A stretch of 64,000 nt of DNA, from NCBI GenBank assembly GCA_965261395.1, contig OZ253462.1:2496001-2560000 (forward strand), in the 5' to 3' direction. A program made the position numbers and the translations under genes. The notes beneath the pieces are model-generated. The model had not been told where the DNA came from. It saw only the letters and a list, made by a program, of their open reading frames with translations, and searched no databases. The stretch comes from Candidatus Latescibacterota bacterium (GTDB lineage Bacteria > Latescibacterota > UBA2968 > UBA8231). Below, in pieces: positions 50,190-58,637 of this stretch (positions are counted from its first letter, which is position 1; the number at the start of each line of letters is the position of its first letter).

Positions 50190-52583
50190 TTATTCAGTGC
50201 GCAGCGTTTCTATCGGATTAGTCAGGGCCGCTCGCATCGCTTGGTGGCCCACCGTCAACCCAGCGATGGCAAAGGACAAAGCGCCCGACACCAAGAACAG
50301 ACCCACGCCGACTTCCACGTGATAGGCAAAGTCTTGCAGCCATTGGTTAGCCAACCAGTAGGCAATCGGTACGCTGAGGAGGAAGGCGATGGCAACGGGT
50401 TTTGCAAAGTCGCGCAGCAGCATGGCAGTGAGGCCACTGGGGGAAGCACCGAACACCTTGCGGATGCCGATCTCCTTCGTGCGCTCTTGGGCGGCGTGTG
50501 CCGCCATGCCGAAAAGTCCTATCGAGGCGACGACGAGCGATAAAACGAGGAAGACCGTGAGTGCGCGTCCCATCAACAGCTCCTGGAAATAAAGCCCGGC
50601 GAAGACCTCTTCGAGGGGTTGGCGCTGGATGGAGCGGTAGGGCTCAACGGCAGTCCACTTGGCGTCGATCATTTTGAGGGCTGCGTCGAGATGCCCGGTT
50701 TGCACCCGCACGATAATGACGCTCGCCCAGTTATCGACCGGTGCTATGAGCAGTGGCTCTACCTTCCGGTGCGGACCGTCGAAGTGGAAGTCCTCAATCA
50801 CGCCCACGACGCGCTGGTCCTTGCCCTGGAAATTGATCCTCTTGTCCAGCGGCTCGGTCCACCCTAACATCCGCGCGGCGGCCTCGTTGATGACAATTTC
50901 GCCGGTCGCTTCGTCGGTCAGGTCTCGTCCTTGGCTCATGCGCAATCCCATGATTTCGACAAAGTCGCCATCCACGCCATAAGTTCTCATCATTACTTTA
51001 TCTTCCACTCCCTCCGGCTTGGCACTGTACATCGCCTGCGAACCTTCACCAGGTACTGTCGCAGAGAGACTCACCGCGGCGATGCGGCTGTCTTGAAGAA
51101 GCTCCGTCTTGAAGGTTCGGGCACGATCCATGGTCAGACCGCGGTTGTGGACGACGACAACTTGTTCCGGCTCGAACCCCAAGGCAGAGTTCTCGCGGAG
51201 GAGGTTCTGGATGTAATCGACCTGGTGCCATATCAGCAGCGTCATGGTCATCAACGCCGCCGTGACCGTGAACTGCGCCACTACTAAGCCCTGGCGCAAG
51301 CGCGTACCGCCCACGCGGCCCCCGCTCACCGCGGTCGCCGGCTGAAAGCGCGCCACCACCCATGCCGGGTACGCACCCGCGGCCAATCCGACCCCCACCG
51401 CCAGTGCCGCAGCCCCGGCGCAGGCCGGGAGGGTCCAGCGCAGGAAGGACAATTCGAAATCGAATCCCGTAATCGCGGGTATTAGCAGAATCACAACCTC
51501 CGCCACGGCAACGCCCAATACTGTCGCCGCAGTGCTCAGCAGCACCGACTCGCTCAAGAGCTGGCCAATGAGCTGGCTGCGATGAGCGCCGAGGGTCTTG
51601 CGCACGCCGATCTCGTGGGTTCGACGCCCGGCCCGCGCCGTCGCCAAGTTCACGTAGTTGACGCCGGCGATCGTCAGAATTACCGCTGCTAAGATGGCGC
51701 ACAGCGTCAAGTAGAGGGGATTGCCACTCGGGCCGATGTTGCTGGACACCTCGGTGTCGAAGTAGATCGATTGCAGGGGTTGCAACGCGTAGGAACCGAC
51801 AGCCTCCGACGACCCTGTGATCGCCTCGGCCCTAGCCGCATCCGACCTCCCCGTGATCGTCTCGACCATGCCGGGAATGCGCGCAGCTACCATAGCCGGG
51901 TCGGCACCGGGCGTTAGCTGCACGAAGGTCGTGAAGGCCCTAGCACCCTTCGACTCCATCATTCCCCGGTTCTCCTTGTACTCCGTGGCAAAGGAGAGCA
52001 GCGCTGAGAACTGGATCAACGAGCTGGCGGGCGGCTGGCCGACGATGCCGGTGACCTCGCAATCGAACTTCTCAGCGTAGCGGACGACCTGTCCGATGGG
52101 ATCGCTCTCGCCAAAGAGCCGACGGGCCAGCGGCTCGGTCAGCACCATGGTGTAGGGGCGCGTCAGGGCCGTCTTCGGGTCGCCGCGCAGGAGCGGCAAG
52201 CTGAACACGTCGAAAACGCCGGCTTCCGCGGTCAGCACTTTCTCGGAGATCCCGTCCTTGGCCCCGACCCGGAGCAGCCTCGTCCCACCTCCGCTGAAGC
52301 GGACCGCCTCCTCGACTTCGGGAAGTTGCTCCGCAAGGGTCGGCCCCAGCGGTATTGGCAAACCTCCCGAGTACTGGGCCCCACCCCAGAAGGCGGGCCC
52401 CAGCACGCGATAGACCCGGTCTTTTTTCTTGTGGAAATCGCCCATCGCGAGCTGATAGGCGGAGAATTGGACGATCAGCAGACACAGAGCAAAGCCAATG
52501 GCCAAGCCGAAGATGTTGATCGCCGCGTAGCCGCGCTCCCGCCACAGCAGGCGCAGCGCCGTCGTCAGATAGTTGCCCAGCAT
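50190..52583 (-). CDS. MacB/FtsX-type duplicated ABC permease (797 aa)
   Basis: Family motifs; N- and C-termini identical to those of the 47735 gene. Confidence 0.93.
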   Translation of the reverse strand: MLGNYLTTALRLLWRERGYAAINIFGLAIGFALCLLIVQFSAYQLAMGDFHKKKDRVYRVLGPAFWGGAQYSGGLPIPLGPTLAEQLPEVEEAVRFSGGGTRLLRVGAKDGISEKVLTAEAGVFDVFSLPLLRGDPKTALTRPYTMVLTEPLARRLFGESDPIGQVVRYAEKFDCEVTGIVGQPPASSLIQFSALLSFATEYKENRGMMESKGARAFTTFVQLTPGADPAMVAARIPGMVETITGRSDAARAEAITGSSEAVGSYALQPLQSIYFDTEVSSNIGPSGNPLYLTLCAILAAVILTIAGVNYVNLATARAGRRTHEIGVRKTLGAHRSQLIGQLLSESVLLSTAATVLGVAVAEVVILLIPAITGFDFELSFLRWTLPACAGAAALAVGVGLAAGAYPAWVVARFQPATAVSGGRVGGTRLRQGLVVAQFTVTAALMTMTLLIWHQVDYIQNLLRENSALGFEPEQVVVVHNRGLTMDRARTFKTELLQDSRIAAVSLSATVPGEGSQAMYSAKPEGVEDKVMMRTYGVDGDFVEIMGLRMSQGRDLTDEATGEIVINEAAARMLGWTEPLDKRINFQGKDQRVVGVIEDFHFDGPHRKVEPLLIAPVDNWASVIIVRVQTGHLDAALKMIDAKWTAVEPYRSIQRQPLEEVFAGLYFQELLMGRALTVFLVLSLVVASIGLFGMAAHAAQERTKEIGIRKVFGASPSGLTAMLLRDFAKPVAIAFLLSVPIAYWLANQWLQDFAYHVEVGVGLFLVSGALSFAIAGLTVGHQAMRAALTNPIETLRTE

Positions 52584-52608
52584 GATGGTTCCTTTCGTCT
52601 CGTAGTGC

Positions 52609-53343
52609 TTACGACGCTTCCTGATCCCGCTCGATGTTCTCGCTCACGATCTTGCCGTCAAACAGGTGGATGATCCGGTGCGCATAGTCGGCGTAGGCCG
52701 GCGAGTGCGTCACCATCACCACGGTCGTGCCGTTTTTATTCATCTCGGTGAGCATCTCCATGACCTCGTCGCCGTGACGCGAGTCGAGGTTGCCGGTCGG
52801 CTCATCCGCCAGCACCAGCTTCGGCTCCGCGACCAAAGCTCGCGCCACGGCCACGCGCTGCTGCTGGCCGCCGGAAAGCTGAAGCGGAAAGTGCTTCTCG
52901 CGGTGGGTGATCTGCATGTGGTCGAGGATCGACCGCACCCGCTGCTTGCGCTCCGTAGCCGGCATGCCCATGTAGAGCAGAGGCAACTCGACGTTCTCGT
53001 GCACCGTCAACTCGTTGATCAGGTTGAACGACTGAAAGACAAAGCCGATCGTCCCCTTGCGCAGATTCGCCCGCAGGCGCTCCGAGTAGGTCGCTACCTC
53101 CTCGTCCAGCAGCCAGTATTCCCCCTCGCTCGGGTTGTCGAGCAAGCCGAGCAGATTGAGCAGCGTTGACTTGCCGCAGCCCGACGGCCCCATAATGGCG
53201 GCAAATTCGCCTTCGGCGATTTCGAGGGTGACGTTGTCCAAGGCGGTCGTCTCGACCTCCTCAGTCGTGTACAGCTTGCTCAGCCCGACGGTGCGGATCA
53301 CGGGCGCGCGGCCGTTTTCAGTGTTCGGTGCGTGTTCGGTCAT
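52609..53343 (-). CDS. ABC ATP-binding protein (MacB/LolD-like)
   Basis: [27 protein letters not shown]. Confidence 0.95.
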   Translation of the reverse strand: MTEHAPNTENGRAPVIRTVGLSKLYTTEEVETTALDNVTLEIAEGEFAAIMGPSGCGKSTLLNLLGLLDNPSEGEYWLLDEEVATYSERLRANLRKGTIGFVFQSFNLINELTVHENVELPLLYMGMPATERKQRVRSILDHMQITHREKHFPLQLSGGQQQRVAVARALVAEPKLVLADEPTGNLDSRHGDEVMEMLTEMNKNGTTVVMVTHSPAYADYAHRIIHLFDGKIVSENIERDQEAS

Positions 53344-53369
53344 GATTTCGCTCCTTGTTTAGGGCATTG

Positions 53370-54722
53370 CTAGCGCAATACCAACATGTCCATGTCTTCG
53401 CCAAAGGTCTCGTAACTCGAAGTAATCACCTGCTCCCCCGGCTCAAGTCCCTCCAGCACTTCGTACACCTGGGGATTTTGGCGTCCCAGTGCGATAGAGC
53501 GCCGCGTGGCCCGGTCGCCAGCAGCGTCGAGCACATAGGCCCAATGGCCCCCGGTCGCCTGATAGAATCCGCCCCGTGCCACTTGCACTGCTTCATCCAG
53601 ATCGCCCAGTTCCAAGCGGATGTGCAGGGTCTGGCCGCGCCGGATGCCCTCGGGTGCTTGTCCCTCAAACACCAGATCAACCTCAAAACGGCCCTCCTTT
53701 ACCTCTGGATAGACCTTGCGGATTACTAAGCTGTATGACTCGTCGCCATTATCGAACTGGCCGCGCTGCCCCCGGCCCACGCGGTCGATGTAGTGCTCGT
53801 CAATGGCGGCGCGCACCTTGAAGCCGTCGATCATGTCAATCTGGCCTAAGCGCACACCCGTTCCCTTGCTCTCGCCGACCTCCGCTTCCAGCGTGGTTAG
53901 CTGCCCGGGCACGGGGGCCCGCACCGTCAGGTTGTCGAGCCGGCGGCCGACGATTTCCAGATTGCGTTCCATGCGCTCCACCGCCGAGACGAGCTGCACC
54001 ACCTTGCTCGCCGCCAGCAGCGAGTCCTGGGTCTGGGTTTCCTCGGTCAGGGCCATGCGGCGGACGCTGTACTGGTACTCGTCGCGCAGCCGCTCCTGCT
54101 CCTGCCGCGACAGAATGGCCGTCAAATCTTCCGCCGACAGGCTCTCGTAGCGCTCGAAGTTGCGCTTGTCGATGGCTAACCGGTACTCGATCTCCATCAG
54201 TGCTTTCCGCGAGCGCAGCAGGTCCTGCTCCATGGTCAGCCGGCCATTGCGCAACGCCTCCCGGCTGCGCTCGAGTTCGGCTTCCTGTTGCAGGACGGTC
54301 AGTTCCAGATCGGGGTTGGCAAGGCGCAGCAGCGGATCGCCCTCGGCCACGGAGGCCCCCTCTTCGACGAACACCTGCTCCACTTGGCCGCGCTCTAGGG
54401 CGTCGAGGTACACGGTGTGCAGCGGCAGTACCGTGCCGCGCACGGGGATGTACTCCTGAAACGGGCCGAACTCGACCGTCGAGATCGTCAGCCGGTCGCG
54501 CTCCACATTCAGCTTGCGCACCCCGAAATCCGCGAGCAGGGCGTATCCACCCAGCCCGCCCAACAGCAAAACAGCCGCGCCTATAGCGATGCGCTTGGGC
54601 GTGAACCGCGGCTTTTCGATTTTGCGGTCCATGCCAACTCCGCCGCCGGGACGGGTGCTGCCGGGGCTGGATTCGGTGCGCTCGGTGCGCTCTTTGGAGA
54701 AAACTTGGATATTTGCGGGCAT
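53370..54722 (-). CDS. Efflux periplasmic adaptor (HlyD/MacA-like); start at 54722 or 54632
   Basis: MDRKI + TM anchor; GQVEQVFVEEG lipoyl half; coiled coil; VRAPVPGQL; GLEPGEQVI. Confidence 0.9.
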   Translation of the reverse strand: MPANIQVFSKERTERTESSPGSTRPGGGVGMDRKIEKPRFTPKRIAIGAAVLLLGGLGGYALLADFGVRKLNVERDRLTISTVEFGPFQEYIPVRGTVLPLHTVYLDALERGQVEQVFVEEGASVAEGDPLLRLANPDLELTVLQQEAELERSREALRNGRLTMEQDLLRSRKALMEIEYRLAIDKRNFERYESLSAEDLTAILSRQEQERLRDEYQYSVRRMALTEETQTQDSLLAASKVVQLVSAVERMERNLEIVGRRLDNLTVRAPVPGQLTTLEAEVGESKGTGVRLGQIDMIDGFKVRAAIDEHYIDRVGRGQRGQFDNGDESYSLVIRKVYPEVKEGRFEVDLVFEGQAPEGIRRGQTLHIRLELGDLDEAVQVARGGFYQATGGHWAYVLDAAGDRATRRSIALGRQNPQVYEVLEGLEPGEQVITSSYETFGEDMDMLVLR

Positions 54723-54765
54723 AGTACTTTCAACCTTATCTTGTCGCAGCCTTTTCTCCAGAAAT

Positions 54766-54781
54766 AGCAAGATACATGCCA
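54766..54781 (-). promoter_or_regulatory. sigma54 -24/-12 promoter of the adaptor/ABC operon
   Basis: Minus strand TGGCAT-GTATC-TTGCT (GG-N10-GC), next to an NtrC-family regulator. Confidence 0.85.
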
Positions 54782-54787
54782 CATTCC

Positions 54788-54800
54788 TAACCCCTTGATA
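54788..54800 (-). promoter_or_regulatory. IHF-binding site
   Basis: Minus strand TATCAAGGGGTTA matches WATCAANNNNTTR, between the sigma54 promoter and the enhancer. Confidence 0.7.
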
Positions 54801-54844
54801 AAAAAGAAGATGAGTCGAATCGCCTTCTTGCCCGTCCCAGCGCC

Positions 54845-54885
54845 ACTGTCCGCTGGTGATACACCTACTGTCCGCTGGCGTACAC
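54845..54885. promoter_or_regulatory. Tandem enhancer (UAS) sites for the NtrC-family regulator
   Basis: ACTGTCCGCTGG repeated at 54845 and 54867 (22-bp period); second copy forms TGT-N10-ACA. Confidence 0.7.
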
Positions 54886-54900
54886 TTGAGGACGAATCCC

Positions 54901-56277
54901 ATGTCTGCTGAAGCCGCCCGCATCCTCGTCGTCGACGACAACCAAGACGTGCTCGTCGCCGCCCGTTTGCTCCTCAAGCAGCGGGGCTACCAAGTCCGCA
55001 CCGAGACCGATCCCCAAGCCATTCCGAGTGCCCTCAAGCAGGAGTCGCCGGCCGTCGTCCTCCTCGACATGAACTTCACTCAGGAGGCAACTAGCGGTAG
55101 GGAGGGCTTCTACTGGCTCCAGCAAATCCGCGACCTGGACCCGACCGCCGTCGTCTTGCTAATCACCGCGTACGGCGATGTCGAGATGGCCGTGCGCGCC
55201 GTCAAGGAGGGGGCCGTCGATTTTGTGCTCAAACCCTGGCAGAACGAAAAGCTGCTCGCCACCGTGTCCGCGGCCGTGGAATTGCACCGCTCGCGCCAGG
55301 AAGCCCACCACCTCCGCTCGCGCCAGCAGCGGCTGTCCGCAGACCTCGACCAGCCCTTTGGCGACCTCATCGGCGAGGCCTCGATCCTACAGGAAGTCTT
55401 TCAGACCATGGCCAAGGTGGCCGCCACCGACGCCAGCGTCCTCATCCTCGGCGAGAACGGCACGGGCAAGGAGCTGGTGGCGCGCGAGATCCACCGCCGC
55501 TCGGCGCGCGCCGACGAAGTCTTCATCGCCGTCGATATGGGTTCCCTGAGCGAGACCCTGTTCGAGAGCGAACTCTTCGGCCACGTCAAGGGGGCCTTCA
55601 CCGACGCCCGCAGCGACCGCGCCGGCCGCTTTGAAATCGCCTCTGGAGGCACTCTGTTCCTCGACGAGATCGGCAACCTGTCGCTGTCCTTGCAGGTCAA
55701 GCTGCTCGCGGTCCTGCAAAACCAGCAGGTCGTCCGCGTCGGTGCCAACCAGCCCGTGCCGGTGGATGTGCGCCTCATCTGCGCCACCAACCAGCCCCTC
55801 CACGAAATGGCCACCGCCGGCACCTTCCGCCAGGACCTGCTCTACCGTATCAACACCGTGGAAATCCACCTGCCCCCCCTGCGCGAACGCCCCGAGGACA
55901 TCGCGCTGTTGGCCCGTCACTTCCTCGACCTGTACCGAACCAAGTACCGCAAGGCCCTAACCGGCCTGACCGCCGAGGCGCTCGCCCACTTGCGCACGTA
56001 CGCTTGGCCGGGCAATGTGCGGGAATTGCAGCACGCGGTGGAGCGCGCCGTCATTATGAGCGAAGGGAACCGACTGACCGCAGACGATTTTCCCCTGACT
56101 GCGACCCCGTTGCCCGGGGAGGCTGTCGCCTTTGACAGCTACAACCTCGAAGACGTCGAGCAAGAGGTCATCGCCCGAGTGCTGCGCAAGCACCAAGGCA
56201 ACGTCAGCCAAACCGCGCGGGAACTCGGATTGACCCGCACGGCCCTCTACCGCCGCATGGAGAAGTATGGCCTCTGA
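54901..56277 (+). CDS. sigma54-dependent (NtrC-family) response regulator
   Basis: REC (ILVVDD, LLDMNF); GENGTGKE; GAFTDA; WPGNVREL; Fis HTH. Confidence 0.95.
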   Translation: MSAEAARILVVDDNQDVLVAARLLLKQRGYQVRTETDPQAIPSALKQESPAVVLLDMNFTQEATSGREGFYWLQQIRDLDPTAVVLLITAYGDVEMAVRAVKEGAVDFVLKPWQNEKLLATVSAAVELHRSRQEAHHLRSRQQRLSADLDQPFGDLIGEASILQEVFQTMAKVAATDASVLILGENGTGKELVAREIHRRSARADEVFIAVDMGSLSETLFESELFGHVKGAFTDARSDRAGRFEIASGGTLFLDEIGNLSLSLQVKLLAVLQNQQVVRVGANQPVPVDVRLICATNQPLHEMATAGTFRQDLLYRINTVEIHLPPLRERPEDIALLARHFLDLYRTKYRKALTGLTAEALAHLRTYAWPGNVRELQHAVERAVIMSEGNRLTADDFPLTATPLPGEAVAFDSYNLEDVEQEVIARVLRKHQGNVSQTARELGLTRTALYRRMEKYGL

Positions 56278-57619
56278 TGGAGTCCTACATCGCCTAATAC
56301 AAGGGTACCGCGCCTTCCGCACGCGGATCGTGCTGCGCGTCGCCTTCCTCGGCACCACTTTGTGGCTGCTGTTCTATACAATAACAGAGGAATGGAACCA
56401 TCCGGCCGCCCCCATTGTCATCGGTCTCGTCCTGCTCTACCAGCTCTACGCCCTCGTTCACTACGTCGAGCGCACCAACCGCGACTTAGCGCGTTTTTTG
56501 GCCGCCATCCGCTACGCCGACTTTTCGCAGACCTTTGTCACCGGCGGCCTTGGCTCCTCTTTCGACGAACTCAAGACCGCGTTCAACGAGGTCCTCGACG
56601 CCTTTCGCCAGGCGCGGGCCGAAAAGGAGGAACAAGCGCGCTACCTGCAAACCGTGGTGCAGCACATTGGCGTCGGGTTGATTGTGTTCGACAATGCTGG
56701 CGAGGTGTCGCTGATCAACAACGCAGCCAAGCGTCTGTTGGGGGTGCCCCGCTTGGGCCACATCGCCGACCTCGACCGCGTCAATCCCATCCTCACCACC
56801 GCCCTGCAAAGCCTCGGTCCTCGGGGCCGCGATCTCGTGAGTTTGGAAGAGGTCCGACTCGCCCTGCACGCATCGGTGTTCCATCTAGGCGATCGCCAGC
56901 ACACCCTAGTGGCCCTCCACGACATTGGCCCCGATCTCGACGAAAAGGAAATGGAGGCTTGGCAAAACCTGATCCGCGTGCTCACCCACGAGATCATGAA
57001 TTCCATCACCCCCATTGCTTCGCTGGCCGCCACTGCGGATGGAATGCTAAAAGACGACGCCCTCGACGCCGAGACCACCGCAGACATCCGCATCGCGGTG
57101 AGCACCATCCAGCGCCGCAGCGAGGGCCTGCTGCACTTTGTCGAAGCCTACCGCGACCTCACCCGCGTACCAGCGCCGTCCTTTGAGATCGTCCCAGTGG
57201 CTGGTCTATTCGCCCGAGTGGAGCAGCTAATGCGGCCCCAGTTCGCCGAATCTGCGGTCGAGTTGCACACCGAGGTCAATCCCCCCAGCCTCGAATTGAC
57301 CGCCGACCCCGAGCAAGTCGAGCAGATCCTCATCAACCTACTGAGCAATGCCCGCGAAGCCTCTGCCGGCCGCGCCGGGGCCCGCGTTGACTTGACCGCG
57401 CATCTGGCGCACGACAAGGTCGTCGTCGAGGTCGCTGACAATGGGGCGGGCATCGTCGAAGAAGCACTTGGCAAGGTCTTCATCCCCTTTTTTACGACCA
57501 AGCGGGACGGCTCCGGCATTGGGCTGAGCCTGTGCCGCCAGATCATGCGGCTCCACCGAGGGTCCATTTCCGCTCGCTCGGAACCGGGGGTGCGGACGGT
57601 GTTTGCGTTGCGGTTTTGA
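56267..57619 (+). CDS. Sensor histidine kinase (NtrY-like, PAS)
   Basis: Two N-terminal TM helices; LTHEIMNSITPI; INLLSNA; DNGAGI; FIPFFTTK; GSGIGL. Confidence 0.95.
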   Translation: MASDGVLHRLIQGYRAFRTRIVLRVAFLGTTLWLLFYTITEEWNHPAAPIVIGLVLLYQLYALVHYVERTNRDLARFLAAIRYADFSQTFVTGGLGSSFDELKTAFNEVLDAFRQARAEKEEQARYLQTVVQHIGVGLIVFDNAGEVSLINNAAKRLLGVPRLGHIADLDRVNPILTTALQSLGPRGRDLVSLEEVRLALHASVFHLGDRQHTLVALHDIGPDLDEKEMEAWQNLIRVLTHEIMNSITPIASLAATADGMLKDDALDAETTADIRIAVSTIQRRSEGLLHFVEAYRDLTRVPAPSFEIVPVAGLFARVEQLMRPQFAESAVELHTEVNPPSLELTADPEQVEQILINLLSNAREASAGRAGARVDLTAHLAHDKVVVEVADNGAGIVEEALGKVFIPFFTTKRDGSGIGLSLCRQIMRLHRGSISARSEPGVRTVFALRF

Positions 57620-57755
57620 GGGGATTAGCGAGTGCGGTCGTAGAGTATTCGCAGTTCTACTTCGCTGCGAATGGACCGTTTGGATTGTGGGCGGAGATGT
57701 TGGAGAGTATCAGTGAGTCTGTTTCTCAACCGTCGCCATCAGCTTCTCAATTTTA

Positions 57756-58043
57756 TCAGGCTACCTGCGGCTGATAGCGCTCGACCTTGATCCGGCTTTC
57801 GCCCCTGCGCGCTTGCGCCAGATCGTACGAGGTCTGCCGACGCAGCCAGAACTCGGCATTGGACCAGCCCGCCTTCTCCAGCCGAATGGCCATCTCCGGT
57901 GAAACGGCCGCATGGCCATTCAGTACGCGCGAAAGCGTTTGCCGGGCCACGCCCAACACCTTCGCTGCCTCGATGACGTTCAGACCAAGCGGATCCAGGC
58001 AATTTTCCTTGATACTACGGCCAGGATGTGGTGGATTCTTCAT
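57756..58043 (-). CDS. higA: HigA-family antitoxin (orphan)
   Basis: [49 protein letters not shown]. Confidence 0.88.
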   Translation of the reverse strand: MKNPPHPGRSIKENCLDPLGLNVIEAAKVLGVARQTLSRVLNGHAAVSPEMAIRLEKAGWSNAEFWLRRQTSYDLAQARRGESRIKVERYQPQVA

Positions 58044-58100
58044 AGCCTTGATTTCTGATTCCAAGTCGATGCCGTACACGTCACCTTTTTTAAGCAGATA

Positions 58101-58328
58101 CTATCCAGACAACGATACTACCCTTTCTTTAGCCAACTCCGCAGCATAGCCTACCGCCGCTTGGACGGACTCATGGGTAATCGACGGGTAGCTTGTCGTA
58201 ATTTCCTCTGAATCCAATCCTGCCGCGAGGTTGTCGAGGACCGTGGTCACCAATACTCGGGTACCCTTGAAGCAGGCTCTCCCATGGCATATTTCGGGAT
58301 CAACGGTAATGTAGTCTCGCCAGTTCAT
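58101..58328 (-). CDS. DUF433-family antitoxin (orphan)
   Basis: MNWRDYITVDPEICHGRACFKGTRVLV..VLDNLAAG..YPSI..AAVGYAA. Confidence 0.88.
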   Translation of the reverse strand: MNWRDYITVDPEICHGRACFKGTRVLVTTVLDNLAAGLDSEEITTSYPSITHESVQAAVGYAAELAKERVVSLSG

Positions 58329-58637
58329 CGGCTTTCTCTCCATCATGGTTTCGCATAGCGCAAATAAAGGGCCTGATCGAGAGTCAATCAAGGAACGAGC
58401 ATGCGACGCTACGAGATGTGAGCGCTCGCCACATGCTGTCGCTGGCAGCATCGCTACCCCCAACGGCGATGGAGCTTGACGGAGCACCAGCGATTCATTA
58501 GATTGAATATATATTAATTAAATTTTATATAAAAAATGTATAAAAACCAAGAGCGAGAATCATTGGAGCGTACCCCCACCTTATTGTAACAATATTCTAA
58601 CGCACTGCTGCGTCCCTATCCCCCACGGAGGCGTCTT

